From the IMG/VR virus record IMGVR_UViG_3300011339_000950, positions 1 through 36,634 of that record: a stretch of 36,634 nt of DNA. One strand, written 5' to 3'. The notes beneath the pieces are model-generated. The model searched no databases, was not told where the DNA came from, and saw only the letters and a program-made list of their open reading frames with translations. Position 1 is the first letter of the stretch, and every line of letters starts with the position of its first letter. The DNA is from a virus. Taxonomy: Duplodnaviria; Caudoviricetes. Of the stretch, positions 1-9,898 are shown one piece after another. The translations under genes were made by a program, and so were the position numbers.

Positions 1-266
1 TCTTCATCAACTTTAGATTCAGCGATGTCTTGGCTAGCGGCAAGATTCATTTGAAGTTCTTCTAACTTCATCCCTTGAAGTTGTTGTTGATTTTTGGCAG
101 ACTCTTGTAACATGTTTAATTCATGTTCATTAGATATCCGAGCGTATTCAATATCAAATTTCTTCATCTTTCTTTCTTCACTACCCTTTATTAATGTAGT
201 AACACAAGAAATTAAAAATCCAGGAATACCAGATCCAAGTAGAGCAGTAAATATAGAGAGTATCAT
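1..266 (-). CDS. Membrane-anchored, holin-like protein; N-terminal part only, runs off the left edge; not in the ORF track
   Basis: Own translation from ATG at 266: MILSIFTALLGSGIPGFLISCVTTLIKGSEERKMKKFDIEYARISNEHELNMLQESAKNQQQLQGMKLEELQMNLAASQDIAESKVDE..., with no stop before base 1. Hydrophobic N-terminus then a charged helix; starts 8 nt after the upstream stop. Holin role is inference. Confidence 0.6.
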   Translation of the reverse strand, partial: MILSIFTALLGSGIPGFLISCVTTLIKGSEERKMKKFDIEYARISNEHELNMLQESAKNQQQLQGMKLEELQMNLAASQDIAESKVDE

Positions 267-274
267 ATTTAATA

Positions 275-934
275 TTATTTATAGTTATTATAATCGTAGA
301 TAAGAGTTTTCTTTCCTACATTCAAGTCAAAAAGATCAGATGGAGTTGTCTCATTATTTTTGAAATTAAATATAGAACTTAGTTTAGTATCAGATATTAC
401 ATCAACACAATCAAGTGCATAATGAGTACAATAATATGAACCACAAGTTTTTAGTTTAATTCTATCAAACATCCCATCTAGAAAAGATAGAACGGCACTT
501 AATGCATTATAAGGTGTACCAATATTCTTTTCTTCAACAAAATCTATTAAAGTCAATCTTTTGTATACATCTAATACTTCGTTAGGTATTTCTTCTAACC
601 ATATCTTGCCCTTAAAAGAACTAAGTTTATTCCATAAAGAAATAATTCCTACACCAACTCCACCAGTAGATTCAGTTATAAATATTTCCTTAGTATTAAT
701 TAAAGGATCTTGTAAGATCTTATAAATGATAGCGGTGTGCATGACTGGAGTTCTGCCTTCAATTTTAGCAGAAAATTCTATTAACCAAGAAATTGGATGA
801 ATATACCACGGAGTGTAGTCCTTAAAATGAAGAATGTACACTTTATCATTATAAACTAAATCTTTTATATAGTTATTGTAATGATCCCATAAATTTTGTA
901 TATTCTGTTTAGATATAGAATACTTATCAGTCAT
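275..934 (-). CDS. Permuted papain-like (NlpC/P60 superfamily, YiiX/YebB-like) amidase/peptidase
   Basis: His-before-Cys order: HTAII ... ESTGGVGV ... GTPYN ... YYCTHY ... TTPSDL. Start moved from 967 to the ATG at 934 (MTDKY), which removes the overlap with the fibre gene ending at 943. Confidence 0.75.
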   Translation of the reverse strand: MTDKYSISKQNIQNLWDHYNNYIKDLVYNDKVYILHFKDYTPWYIHPISWLIEFSAKIEGRTPVMHTAIIYKILQDPLINTKEIFITESTGGVGVGIISLWNKLSSFKGKIWLEEIPNEVLDVYKRLTLIDFVEEKNIGTPYNALSAVLSFLDGMFDRIKLKTCGSYYCTHYALDCVDVISDTKLSSIFNFKNNETTPSDLFDLNVGKKTLIYDYNNYK

Positions 935-942
935 TAATAAAA

Positions 943-2940
943 TTATAATTCTGCGAAAGCAGTCCAATGAAGAGAAACACCAGTTAATATTGTATTTAAA
1001 GTTTGTTTCATAATGAAATGATTTTCTGCTGCTTCCGTGACAGTTGCGTTTATGTCTGTTGATCCGGTATAAACTTTATTTATAGTTCCTGTTACGTCGC
1101 TGTAAACCGCGCAATTAGGCAAAACTCTTTTTGAAACTTTAAAAGAAATTGTTATTGGGTTAATGTTAGAAACACTGGCTATAAGTCTTCCAATGTTAGT
1201 TATAGTTCCAGCAGCTACTTGGTCATAAGTAGTTTCAAAATATCTTTGACAATAACTGAGTTCATCTTGTATAAATCTACCTTCATATCCAGTAAATGCA
1301 TCACCAGCTTCCAATTGGATACCAGTTAATCTAAAGTTATTATTTGTGTTATCACAAGCATTAACTTGATTTTCGGTGGCAAAATAACTACCAGTTTGCC
1401 AGATGTCTTTTGTGGTTTGTAAATTTGAGCCAGCTGCCAAAACAAAACCAACTCTTATGCCAACACCGTTAGTATAATTCCAAGTTCCTGCACTTGGTGA
1501 AGCGGCAATTGTGATAGTTTTAAATTCCCAAGTTTCTGAGGTGTTGATTGTGTATTCAGCGATGTAGCTGCGATCGTTAATTGAATTGGCTAAGTAAACG
1601 CAATAGATGCCTACTTTGGTTGCTTTAACCCAAAAGGATAAGGTCATGGTTTTTTGCGCTAATGGCAAAAAGTTGTAGCCTTCTATTGTCGTTTCGTAGA
1701 CACACAAATCTGTAGCACTAATTGAAGAATCAATATTTTGGCAATCAATCAAAGCAGAATAGTTGAAGCCGCGACCAGCTTGAGCAATATTTGGTACATC
1801 ACTTGAACGGCTTACGTCATGGCTCATTACGCCCATTCGATTGTAATAAAATCTATCTGCAGTGTAAGCAACTCCAGTCAATCCAACAAAAGAAGTTCCT
1901 CGTTGCCAAATATTAAAATCACCATTGATAATACTATTCTTACCAATCATGTTGTTTAGAAACGTCTTTGCATAGACATCAGACTTTTGGTAAACATCTA
2001 AGTTAGACCTAGCAGTAGCTTTATCTGCCACGTCATTTAAGTTCTGAGCAATAGCCATCTTACCTGCTAACGTGGTTGTCACAGTAGTTGCAAAATTTGG
2101 ATCATCACCAAGAGCAGCGGCTAGTTCATTTAAAGTATCCAAAGCCCCAGGAGCAGCGTCTAATAACGCATCAATTTTTAATTGAATTCTAGCTTCAACA
2201 CTAGCTTTATTAGGAATATTTGTAGCAGCGTCAGTTACAAAATCAGAAGAAGTAGAAATTTTAAATCCACTACCATAAGCAGTTTTATCAGATAATTTAC
2301 CTAAAAGGACTTCAGCATCAACAGCAACTCTAGGCTGTTGATAATACTTCCAAGAAGAAGTGGCAATGTCTTTAACCGCAATAGCAGAAACTCCAGTAGT
2401 ATTGTAATTTCTTACTTGATACATATTAGCACCTTCTCCATTTACAGGAGGAAGAGAAGCTTCAGTAGCTACGATATTAACGGAGTTAAATACAGACTCA
2501 TCAACAGTTATTTGAATACTATCACCAGCATTACCAATACTAAATACACCTCTCAATCTTACAGAGTTACCTGTAATTACGGAAGTATTCTTAGTTTTCT
2601 GAGTAGTTGCTTGGAGAACACCAATTGCGAAAAGAGTTCCATCCGATAACTTAAATCCATATTCACCAATCGTAAAGTTACCAATTGTACCATCCATGAA
2701 TAAGCTTATCTCATAAGCATAATCACCAATTTTAAGAACAGTCAATACAGCACCATCGGAAGCTCCAGAAGAGTCTTGATTAAAGACTTCTGTTCCAGAC
2801 ACTTCTGTTTGTGATCTTGAAGGAATATAACCTGCTGCATCTCCAATTGAGTACTTAGTAATATTTAAAGCAGTATTATTAGCAATAGCTGTATTTAAAG
2901 CTGCCAAACCTGCATTTGTTACTATAACTTGTGTTGCCAT
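943..2940 (-). CDS. Tail fibre protein 2 (665 aa)
   Basis: N-terminal tail-collar/baseplate-attachment domain (TNAGLAA...IGEYG...GTLFAIG), the common fibre motif APGALDTLNELAAALGDDPNFATT, NLNDVADKATARSNL, and a C-terminal NSIINGDFNIWQRG...QLEAG...EL..CQRY receptor-binding-type region. Confidence 0.9.
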   Translation of the reverse strand: MATQVIVTNAGLAALNTAIANNTALNITKYSIGDAAGYIPSRSQTEVSGTEVFNQDSSGASDGAVLTVLKIGDYAYEISLFMDGTIGNFTIGEYGFKLSDGTLFAIGVLQATTQKTKNTSVITGNSVRLRGVFSIGNAGDSIQITVDESVFNSVNIVATEASLPPVNGEGANMYQVRNYNTTGVSAIAVKDIATSSWKYYQQPRVAVDAEVLLGKLSDKTAYGSGFKISTSSDFVTDAATNIPNKASVEARIQLKIDALLDAAPGALDTLNELAAALGDDPNFATTVTTTLAGKMAIAQNLNDVADKATARSNLDVYQKSDVYAKTFLNNMIGKNSIINGDFNIWQRGTSFVGLTGVAYTADRFYYNRMGVMSHDVSRSSDVPNIAQAGRGFNYSALIDCQNIDSSISATDLCVYETTIEGYNFLPLAQKTMTLSFWVKATKVGIYCVYLANSINDRSYIAEYTINTSETWEFKTITIAASPSAGTWNYTNGVGIRVGFVLAAGSNLQTTKDIWQTGSYFATENQVNACDNTNNNFRLTGIQLEAGDAFTGYEGRFIQDELSYCQRYFETTYDQVAAGTITNIGRLIASVSNINPITISFKVSKRVLPNCAVYSDVTGTINKVYTGSTDINATVTEAAENHFIMKQTLNTILTGVSLHWTAFAEL

Positions 2941-2962
2941 ATGTTTTATTTTTATGAAATTT

Positions 2963-3415
2963 TTAAACTACAGTATAACTTCCTTGATGAGCAGGGAATC
3001 CAATAGTAGCCTTAATATTAATAGAAGTTCCGGGTTTAGAAGAACTGCTTTTCCTTTTAGCATAAGTTGGATTAAAAACACCAAATACTAGTGGAGTATT
3101 GTCTGACAAATACAAACCAAATTCTCCAATCGTAAAATCTCCAATGTCTCCATTTAAATGAAGAGCTATGTCAAAAGCAAATCTAAAATTAGGATTGTTT
3201 CTTGTTTGTATAACAGTTATTGATGCGTTGGTACTAGCGTTTAAACTAGTATCATCGTAAACAGTAGAACCCATCAATCCTGTTTGAGAAGATAATGGGG
3301 TATAATTACCAGTAGCACCTAATTTAAATTTAGTAACATTAACACTAGTTCCAAGAGTTAATGCTTCCCTTATCTTAGCTAAACCTACGTCTGTTAATAC
3401 TAAAGTTACTGTCAT
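2963..3415 (-). CDS. Stand-alone tail-collar/fibre-attachment domain protein (150 aa)
   Basis: Resembles the N-termini of both fibres (LTDVGLA, VTKFKLG, YTP..SQT.L.G, IGDFTIGEFGL) and has no fibre body. Confidence 0.75.
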   Translation of the reverse strand: MTVTLVLTDVGLAKIREALTLGTSVNVTKFKLGATGNYTPLSSQTGLMGSTVYDDTSLNASTNASITVIQTRNNPNFRFAFDIALHLNGDIGDFTIGEFGLYLSDNTPLVFGVFNPTYAKRKSSSSKPGTSINIKATIGFPAHQGSYTVV

Positions 3416-4089
3416 TATTGTATTAATTTAAATTGTTCAATTAATCCTTCAAGTATATTATTTGTATCATAATTATATATCTGATCAATATCTATAGAGT
3501 CAACCTCAGTCTTAGTGGAGCATAATAAAATTTGTGACCTTATTATAGCATACTTATTAAAAATCAAATCTCCAATAGTCGGAACTAATTCATTATGAAT
3601 TCTATCAACTCTTAATTTAATATGCTCTACATCTTCAAAAGTAACTAAATTGGGGTTTCTGTTAATATCAGTCCAATATCTTTTAGTATTTGATGCAATA
3701 GGAAGTAATTGATCCAAAATCATTTGGTAACTATCTCTCTTCCCTTGGTCAGAGGCTTCATCATTTATAATGGCAATAGCAAAATTTATACTAGTTACAA
3801 TCTTACTAAGTTGCATAACTGCAGTGTCATCCGCAGCGTAGGTGATTCCGTTATATTCAACTTGAAGATTAGCTAATGTTGAATCTTCTAATTGAATTCT
3901 TTTGGTCTTTAATATGGATATCTTATTTTCCTTATAACCATCTAGAGAATATTCAGGCTCAACATATCCCCCATTATTAATATACTCTAAAACTTCTTTA
4001 TATTGAATATTATCTGCCACCATAGGGACTCCCATGTTGTCATTAACAATATATCCAGGTCCAGAAATTCTTACTTTATTTATTATCAT
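3415..4089 (-). CDS. Tail fibre assembly chaperone-like protein (DUF4376-like)
   Basis: Directly follows fibre 1. VPMVADNIQYKEVLEYINNGGYVEPE N-terminus, K..KI..LK..R, YNG.TY.AD, WTDI.R.P, C-terminal T..EVDSI are typical of fibre-assembly proteins. Confidence 0.65.
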   Translation of the reverse strand: MIINKVRISGPGYIVNDNMGVPMVADNIQYKEVLEYINNGGYVEPEYSLDGYKENKISILKTKRIQLEDSTLANLQVEYNGITYAADDTAVMQLSKIVTSINFAIAIINDEASDQGKRDSYQMILDQLLPIASNTKRYWTDINRNPNLVTFEDVEHIKLRVDRIHNELVPTIGDLIFNKYAIIRSQILLCSTKTEVDSIDIDQIYNYDTNNILEGLIEQFKLIQ

Positions 4090-4096
4090 ATTTTAA

Positions 4097-6364
4097 TTAT
4101 ATATCTGCGCTTAATAATAGGTAATTTGAGTTATTTTCAACAAAAATAACAATACATGCAATACTGTTAGTTTGTCCAGAAGTGTTAAAATTACCAAATA
4201 CTGCATACCAATCTCTAGTTGAAGATAAGAAACTATCTATTAACGGTGAAGATTGAGTCACATTAAATCCGGTGCCGTTTTGAGCATTGAATATACCTTT
4301 CTGGGTGGCTGTCGGATTTGTCCTCATCTCTACTGCCATTTTTGCTGTGGAGGTTATTTTTCCTGTGGATGCATTAACTGTGTGGATAAAACCCTGCCCA
4401 GTGGTGGCTCTTGTAAAATATCTTTCACACAAAAATAACTCAGTCCCATAAGTTCTTCCGTCAAATCTAGTTGGCACATATCCTTCTTCCATCTGAACAC
4501 AAGCTATTTTAAAATTGTTAGCTGTGTTATCACAAGCGTTGACCTGATTTGAAGTAGTTAGAAAAGCACCAGTTTGCCATGTGTTAGGAGTTGTTTGAAA
4601 GGAAGACCCTCCAGATAAACATATACCAAAATTCAATCCAATACCACTTCCGAAATCCCATGTGCCAGCCGATGGTGAAGCATCTATATTAACTACCTTA
4701 TACTCCCATACATCAGAAGAGTTAACAGTTATTTCTGAAACAAAGCTTCTATCATTACCAGAATTTCTCACAAAAACCCCATATACTCCGGTTTTTGTAG
4801 CCTTTACCCAGAAACTTATTACAATTGGTTTTTGTGCTATATTTAAGAAATTATAACCTTCAATTCTTTGTTCTAATGTGCAAAAGTCTGTAGATGATAT
4901 TGAAGAATCTACAGTTTGACAATCTATCAATAAAGATTGAGATAATACTCTTCCACCTTGCCCAACAGTTGGCACATCACTAGTTAGTGAGATATCATGA
5001 ACCATAGCGCCGCTCTTAACATAACACCATCTATCAGCAGAAAAAGTTCCGGTAGCAGCACTAGTCCACGGTCCGATTCTTTGTGAAATCATGAAGTCAC
5101 CATTCATGATAAGATTTCTCATAGAGAAAAGCTCAGAAGAATAAGGATTACCCCTAACAATGGCTTTCCACTTAGAAACTCCATCTGAAACTAATTCTAA
5201 AACTCCTCGCGGAGCAGTTAAATTTACAGAAGTAAAGTTATCAATAGTATCTGCACCTGCAGCTGTTACTGCTATTTTATTTACAGAATTAACAGTTCCT
5301 GAAGAATCTACGATTAGTAAAGGTTGACCAGCGTTGAACGCAGAAGCAGCAGGTAGTGTTGCTGTTCTGGGGGCTGTCATTGTCCCAGTTTGAACAACAA
5401 ATCTATCATTAACTGTTAAAGTTATATCAGCATTTGAGAAAGTAGTTTTAGTTTCTACTCCCAAGTTAGCTCTAGCTGTTTTCTTATTATTTAAATCACT
5501 TAAGTTACTTGCAATTGCCAGCTTACCAGCAAGAGCATTGGTCATTGTAGTTGCAAAGTTTGCATCATTTCCTAATGCAGCAGCTAACTCATTTAAAGTA
5601 TCAAGTGCACCAGGAGCAGCAGCTACAATAGCTTGAATTCTCTGTTCTACAGCGTATTTAGTAGGAACTTTATTGTGAGAATTTGTACTAAAATCAGCAT
5701 CATCTGAAATTGTTTTAGAAGAAGTCTTAAGACTTCTATTTGATTTAGATAAAACAATCTCGTCTTCAAGAACAGTTGCACCTTGTACTTGTGTGAAGTA
5801 CTTCCATATGCTATCCTCAGCATCTTTGAAAGCCAATGCAACAGCACCATTACCATCATAATTTCTAACAATTTGCATATTTGAACTAGGATCACTAGTT
5901 AAAGGCAAATTTGAAGTAGTCTCAACTACATTTATTGAGTTGAAAACAGTATTAGCTGAAGTAATTGTTACAGCACCGTTATTAGTGATGTTAATTAAAA
6001 TCTTAAGAGTTAAAGTGTTTCCACTTGTTTTATTAATTCTAACATCAAATGCACCAATAGCTACAATTACACCAGCTGAAGTTTTAAATAGGAACTCACC
6101 AATGTTTGAAAGAGTTACGCTTGAATTTAAAATAATTTGTAATTCAACACTTTTAGTGCCAACAAGAATTTTGTTAATAGTGCCGCCACCTGAAGTTTCA
6201 TCATATATTTTAGTTCCAACTAAAGCTGCTTGTGAAGCTGTTGGTGTATAATTAAATCCATTACCAATTTCAAATTTAGTAATATCTAGTAAGCTAACAT
6301 TGGCTAAGTTAGCTGTAATTGCACTTAGTCCTGCATTGGTAGATGCTACCGTTATATTCGCCAT
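4097..6364 (-). CDS. Tail fibre protein 1 (755 aa)
   Basis: Same architecture as fibre 2 (collar domain, APGALDTLNELAAALGNDANFATT, SNLSDL..K.TARANLG, NLIMNGDFMISQR...QMEEG...EL.LCERY) plus an extra TLPAAS...VSDGVSKW beta domain. Confidence 0.9.
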   Translation of the reverse strand: MANITVASTNAGLSAITANLANVSLLDITKFEIGNGFNYTPTASQAALVGTKIYDETSGGGTINKILVGTKSVELQIILNSSVTLSNIGEFLFKTSAGVIVAIGAFDVRINKTSGNTLTLKILINITNNGAVTITSANTVFNSINVVETTSNLPLTSDPSSNMQIVRNYDGNGAVALAFKDAEDSIWKYFTQVQGATVLEDEIVLSKSNRSLKTSSKTISDDADFSTNSHNKVPTKYAVEQRIQAIVAAAPGALDTLNELAAALGNDANFATTMTNALAGKLAIASNLSDLNNKKTARANLGVETKTTFSNADITLTVNDRFVVQTGTMTAPRTATLPAASAFNAGQPLLIVDSSGTVNSVNKIAVTAAGADTIDNFTSVNLTAPRGVLELVSDGVSKWKAIVRGNPYSSELFSMRNLIMNGDFMISQRIGPWTSAATGTFSADRWCYVKSGAMVHDISLTSDVPTVGQGGRVLSQSLLIDCQTVDSSISSTDFCTLEQRIEGYNFLNIAQKPIVISFWVKATKTGVYGVFVRNSGNDRSFVSEITVNSSDVWEYKVVNIDASPSAGTWDFGSGIGLNFGICLSGGSSFQTTPNTWQTGAFLTTSNQVNACDNTANNFKIACVQMEEGYVPTRFDGRTYGTELFLCERYFTRATTGQGFIHTVNASTGKITSTAKMAVEMRTNPTATQKGIFNAQNGTGFNVTQSSPLIDSFLSSTRDWYAVFGNFNTSGQTNSIACIVIFVENNSNYLLLSADI

Positions 6365-6386
6365 GATTTATTAAATAATTTTTCTA

Positions 6387-7346
6387 TTAAACAATACTGT
6401 TACCGTGAACGCCACTGCTTTCGAATCCTTGAACACCAGTCAATCCTAGATCTATGAACTGACCAACATTGCTTTCGTCATAACCACTAAAGTCGACAGA
6501 TTCATGTCCAGTAGATCCGACTAAGAATGGAGCTCTAACATTATTTACAGCCATGCCAATAAAGTTCTGTACTACAAGAACTATGGGAGCTATCGCATAG
6601 AATAATCTTTGAAATCTCTCTACGTCGTTTAGTTCAGGATATAAATTTAAGTCATAAGTAACATCCACTCTATTTGTTAGATAATAAGCTTCAGTTAATT
6701 TTGAATTAACAAATTCAATGTAATCTTGTGTGTATAATTCTTCAACAGTGATATTTGCAGATTTAACATAAGCAAAGAAGTCAATGAATTTTTTAGTTCC
6801 TGATATTTGATAGAAGTTACGAATTTCTCTAAGTAATCTTCTATGTTCATCTTCATTAAATTCTTCGTCAGCAATATCTACGATGAATCCTAAAGTAGTT
6901 TTAATTAGTTTTAGTAATTCAAAATCTACTTTATCTTCTCTTCTTATATTTTCTAATCTTGTGATAGCATCATTTATAGGATTCGTTACTTGTTGTCTTA
7001 GAGACTCTAAGAAAGTAGGAAGCAATAAGGTAGTTCTTAGATATTCAGGAAGTAATTTAACTAGATCATAAGTATCTGGCTCAACCAAAGTCCATAGCCC
7101 AGAAGCATAACTAGTATTATCAAAAGTACTAGTTATTGTAATTTGAACAGCAGAGGATTGATAAATAGGATCTATATTTAAAGTACCCTCACCAACAGTA
7201 TTTCCGTCTATATCTAAGGCTCTAATTTTATAACCTTGTCTAATACCAGAAACTTGGTACCACATGTAGCCTGATCCTAAAGTCGCAATCGCTTGATTGT
7301 CGACAATGGAGCTTAGCGTTATCGATACTTCAGGAGTTATTGACAT
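6387..7346 (-). CDS. Baseplate wedge protein (T4 gp7 core / P2 gpI-like)
   Basis: Between the gp6-like gene and the fibres; LLPEYLR ... LGF ... RRLLREI.NFYQISGT..FI.F is characteristic of this family. Confidence 0.7.
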   Translation of the reverse strand: MSITPEVSITLSSIVDNQAIATLGSGYMWYQVSGIRQGYKIRALDIDGNTVGEGTLNIDPIYQSSAVQITITSTFDNTSYASGLWTLVEPDTYDLVKLLPEYLRTTLLLPTFLESLRQQVTNPINDAITRLENIRREDKVDFELLKLIKTTLGFIVDIADEEFNEDEHRRLLREIRNFYQISGTKKFIDFFAYVKSANITVEELYTQDYIEFVNSKLTEAYYLTNRVDVTYDLNLYPELNDVERFQRLFYAIAPIVLVVQNFIGMAVNNVRAPFLVGSTGHESVDFSGYDESNVGQFIDLGLTGVQGFESSGVHGNSIV

Positions 7347-9496
7347 TATCTTTGTGATCTAAAAATATTAACAGTAAGAGTATTTAAAATTATGAATTCT
7401 CTTAGTTGAGCAATTACATTATCGCTTGGGGTCTTTATATCTACCCAGTCGACACCTGAAATACTTTTTACAGTATAAGATATATCAGATAATTTAAGAT
7501 CTCTTTCAAAAGAATCTGAATTAATTTCTAATAATGTTGTTATTGCTGTTTCTACTTGGGTCTTTAGAGTGTTAGGATTAATAACATTCTCTAAGTAATA
7601 AACATCAATTTCAATATCTTGAGGAATAGCAATAGGACTCTTATAAACCATTTCAGTAGTCATATGCTTTTTATCTTCAAAGAATTCTTTTATATCATCA
7701 ATTTCATCATCAGTATAATCTGAAATTAAGTAAGTAGAATTTATTTGTTGAGCATTAGCCACGTTTGCTGCATATTTGAGATGAACAGCACCTGTTGAAT
7801 AGTTTATTGTTGAAGAATTTGAAATAGCCTGTAACTGAACATTACCTATTCTAGTATAAGCAGCATTTCCAGCTCTATTAAGAATTTTTATTCTTATATG
7901 TCTATAGGCTGTTGTTGTGCCCATTTTTAACCACTTACTCCAAGATCTTACTCCTGGATCTAGTAATTCTGTATTTCCTTTCAATACTTCCCAATCATCT
8001 TCGTCATCAATAACTGGGGATGAAAGGTTTGATCCATAGACCGACACTAATGTGGGGAATGCTCTTTCTTGCATTGTACGATCATCTGAACTTTGTATTC
8101 TCAAGCTAGCAACTGTTTTAGTTACCATAGCTCCAAAATCATAAGTGATGTGGATAGGGGCAATATCGCTAGGAGCTACTCCTGATTCCCAATAAGTGTC
8201 TTCATCTTGATCAAAAGCAAAATCTGCTTCATTGACTCCGTCATCACTATCAGAATCTGAAGTTCCACTTCCAGTTATTTCATTAAAAGAAACACTATCA
8301 GAAACTAGGTAATCAGTAATGTCATACCAATCTATAGCACCACTATCAATTATAATTGATCCAGGAATAACAGTCCCAAAGGTCAGGGTTTTATTGAAGA
8401 TAGCAAGAGATCCAGTACCAGTTCCAATTAATTCAGATTTTTTAGTAATATCATTCTTAATTGCACTAAAGAAAACTCTATTCATCATAGAGTTATCAGC
8501 ATATCCCAGTTTAAATGCTTCTTCAAATTCACCCCATACTTTACCAGCAAGAACTCCTGAATATTTTCTTAGGAATCCTTCATAGTCATTTCTGCGAACG
8601 GCTCTTTTATTTGAGGCAAAAATTCTAGGAGAAGTGAATTTTAATAATTCAACTGAATCTTCATCAGACCCACTAGATGAAGTTGTTGTAGAAATTATTG
8701 TTGCTTGCAAGTCTTGACTTCCACCAATGTCAATGGCATCAAGAAGATCAATAGTATCACCAACAATAGATGAATTACTAGAAATACCCTCAGTTATAAA
8801 GTAAGTTACTACAATAACATCACTCAATAGAGGAATGTTTCCATAAACACCGTTACCGAATGCTAATTTAACCTTACCTTCTGGAGTTGTGTCTTCTAAG
8901 AAAACATCAACAGCACCATATTCAAACAAGCTACTTCTTTCTCTTGTCCAAGAATCACCATTTATTGTTAATTCTAAAACATTTTCTTCTATGTTAAAAG
9001 CATCTTCAGCTAATAATAACTGTTGGAATTCTTGACCATTTCCAGAGAAAGTTTCTGAAGTTGGCTCGCCTTGGTAAAGAGTAATGTCCAAAGTGGTAGT
9101 CATTGGGGTTAAGAGGTATTCTTCTCTAGTGTACCAAGTTAAGTCTCTAGCTGAGAATCTTGTATATTTAGGTATGGCGACGTTTGTTAATAGAGTACTA
9201 TTAACTGTTAATGTTGCCGACATTGTAGCTCCTCTCTTTCTATACGGAGAAGCACCTAAGGTAGATGCCAAGGCATAAACAGAAGATTTAGCAAAAGCAG
9301 TAGGCATGAAGCTATTTCTTTGTGCCATTTCAATTCTGTAAGACAACATAGTGAAGATAGCTCCACCAAGATCAGTAAGAATATCACCAGCTTCTCCTGG
9401 AAATAGGGATTTACCTATATCTCCTCTGGCTCTAATATCATCTGCTATGTCTTGTTTTATACTGTCAAAATCGGTACTTAAATCAGCTAATTTCAT
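7346..9496 (-). CDS. gp6: Baseplate wedge protein (T4 gp6 / gpJ-like) with inserted beta-module and discoidin-like domain
   Basis: DFDSIK, A...SSVYALA..LG..P, FGNGVYG.IP, G.DEDS.E.LK...PR.F....RAVRRNDY, VWG motifs of gp6. Extra region at ~7731-8437. Confidence 0.88.
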   Translation of the reverse strand: MKLADLSTDFDSIKQDIADDIRARGDIGKSLFPGEAGDILTDLGGAIFTMLSYRIEMAQRNSFMPTAFAKSSVYALASTLGASPYRKRGATMSATLTVNSTLLTNVAIPKYTRFSARDLTWYTREEYLLTPMTTTLDITLYQGEPTSETFSGNGQEFQQLLLAEDAFNIEENVLELTINGDSWTRERSSLFEYGAVDVFLEDTTPEGKVKLAFGNGVYGNIPLLSDVIVVTYFITEGISSNSSIVGDTIDLLDAIDIGGSQDLQATIISTTTSSSGSDEDSVELLKFTSPRIFASNKRAVRRNDYEGFLRKYSGVLAGKVWGEFEEAFKLGYADNSMMNRVFFSAIKNDITKKSELIGTGTGSLAIFNKTLTFGTVIPGSIIIDSGAIDWYDITDYLVSDSVSFNEITGSGTSDSDSDDGVNEADFAFDQDEDTYWESGVAPSDIAPIHITYDFGAMVTKTVASLRIQSSDDRTMQERAFPTLVSVYGSNLSSPVIDDEDDWEVLKGNTELLDPGVRSWSKWLKMGTTTAYRHIRIKILNRAGNAAYTRIGNVQLQAISNSSTINYSTGAVHLKYAANVANAQQINSTYLISDYTDDEIDDIKEFFEDKKHMTTEMVYKSPIAIPQDIEIDVYYLENVINPNTLKTQVETAITTLLEINSDSFERDLKLSDISYTVKSISGVDWVDIKTPSDNVIAQLREFIILNTLTVNIFRSQR

Positions 9497-9879
9497 TATT
9501 TCAAGTTAATTATGTCGTTAAAAGTTCCAGTTTGTGAGGTAGCTAAGATAATATAATTAACTGTTATTTCAATTAATTGTTCATCTTCAAAACCATTTAC
9601 CACAACATCCTGAGTACTTAAAGATATTCTCGGTTCCCAAATACTTAAAGCCTGATAAATGTCAGTCTTCAATTGTCGTATCATTGCAGGTGTTATAGAT
9701 TCAAATAAACTATTATGAATATTTGAACCAAAATTTCTATTAAAAACTCTGCTACGTTTCTGGGTACCCAATATGTTGGCAACAGATTGATTAATAACAT
9801 CTTCATCTTGTAATACCAGATCTCCTGGTCCAACTCTAAATAGCAAATTTAGATCTTTATATGTTACACTATTTCTCAT
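9496..9879 (-). CDS. gp25: Baseplate wedge/sheath initiator (gp25-like)
   Basis: YKDLNL, I.QSV.NIL.T....R.FN.NFGS.I...LFE, WEPRI. Confidence 0.93.
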   Translation of the reverse strand: MRNSVTYKDLNLLFRVGPGDLVLQDEDVINQSVANILGTQKRSRVFNRNFGSNIHNSLFESITPAMIRQLKTDIYQALSIWEPRISLSTQDVVVNGFEDEQLIEITVNYIILATSQTGTFNDIINLK

Positions 9880-9898
9880 TTAATTCTATAAATTATAA

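Noticed and set aside
935-967. ORF-track start at 967 for the amidase
   Set aside because: It overlaps the fibre gene end; the ATG at 934 follows an AT-rich leader 8 nt after the fibre stop and fits the pattern of other genes.
943-5120. Diversity-generating retroelement or invertible tail-fibre cassette
   Set aside because: The fibre similarity is protein-level paralogy in the same orientation; no near-identical template with adenine-specific mismatches, reverse transcriptase or invertase was seen in the window.
5647-5895. Alternate-frame minus-strand ORF inside fibre 1 (also 27717-27908 inside the scaffold region)
   Set aside because: Off-frame by-products of biased codon usage; no slippery site or family resemblance noticed, unlike the 15092-15271 case.
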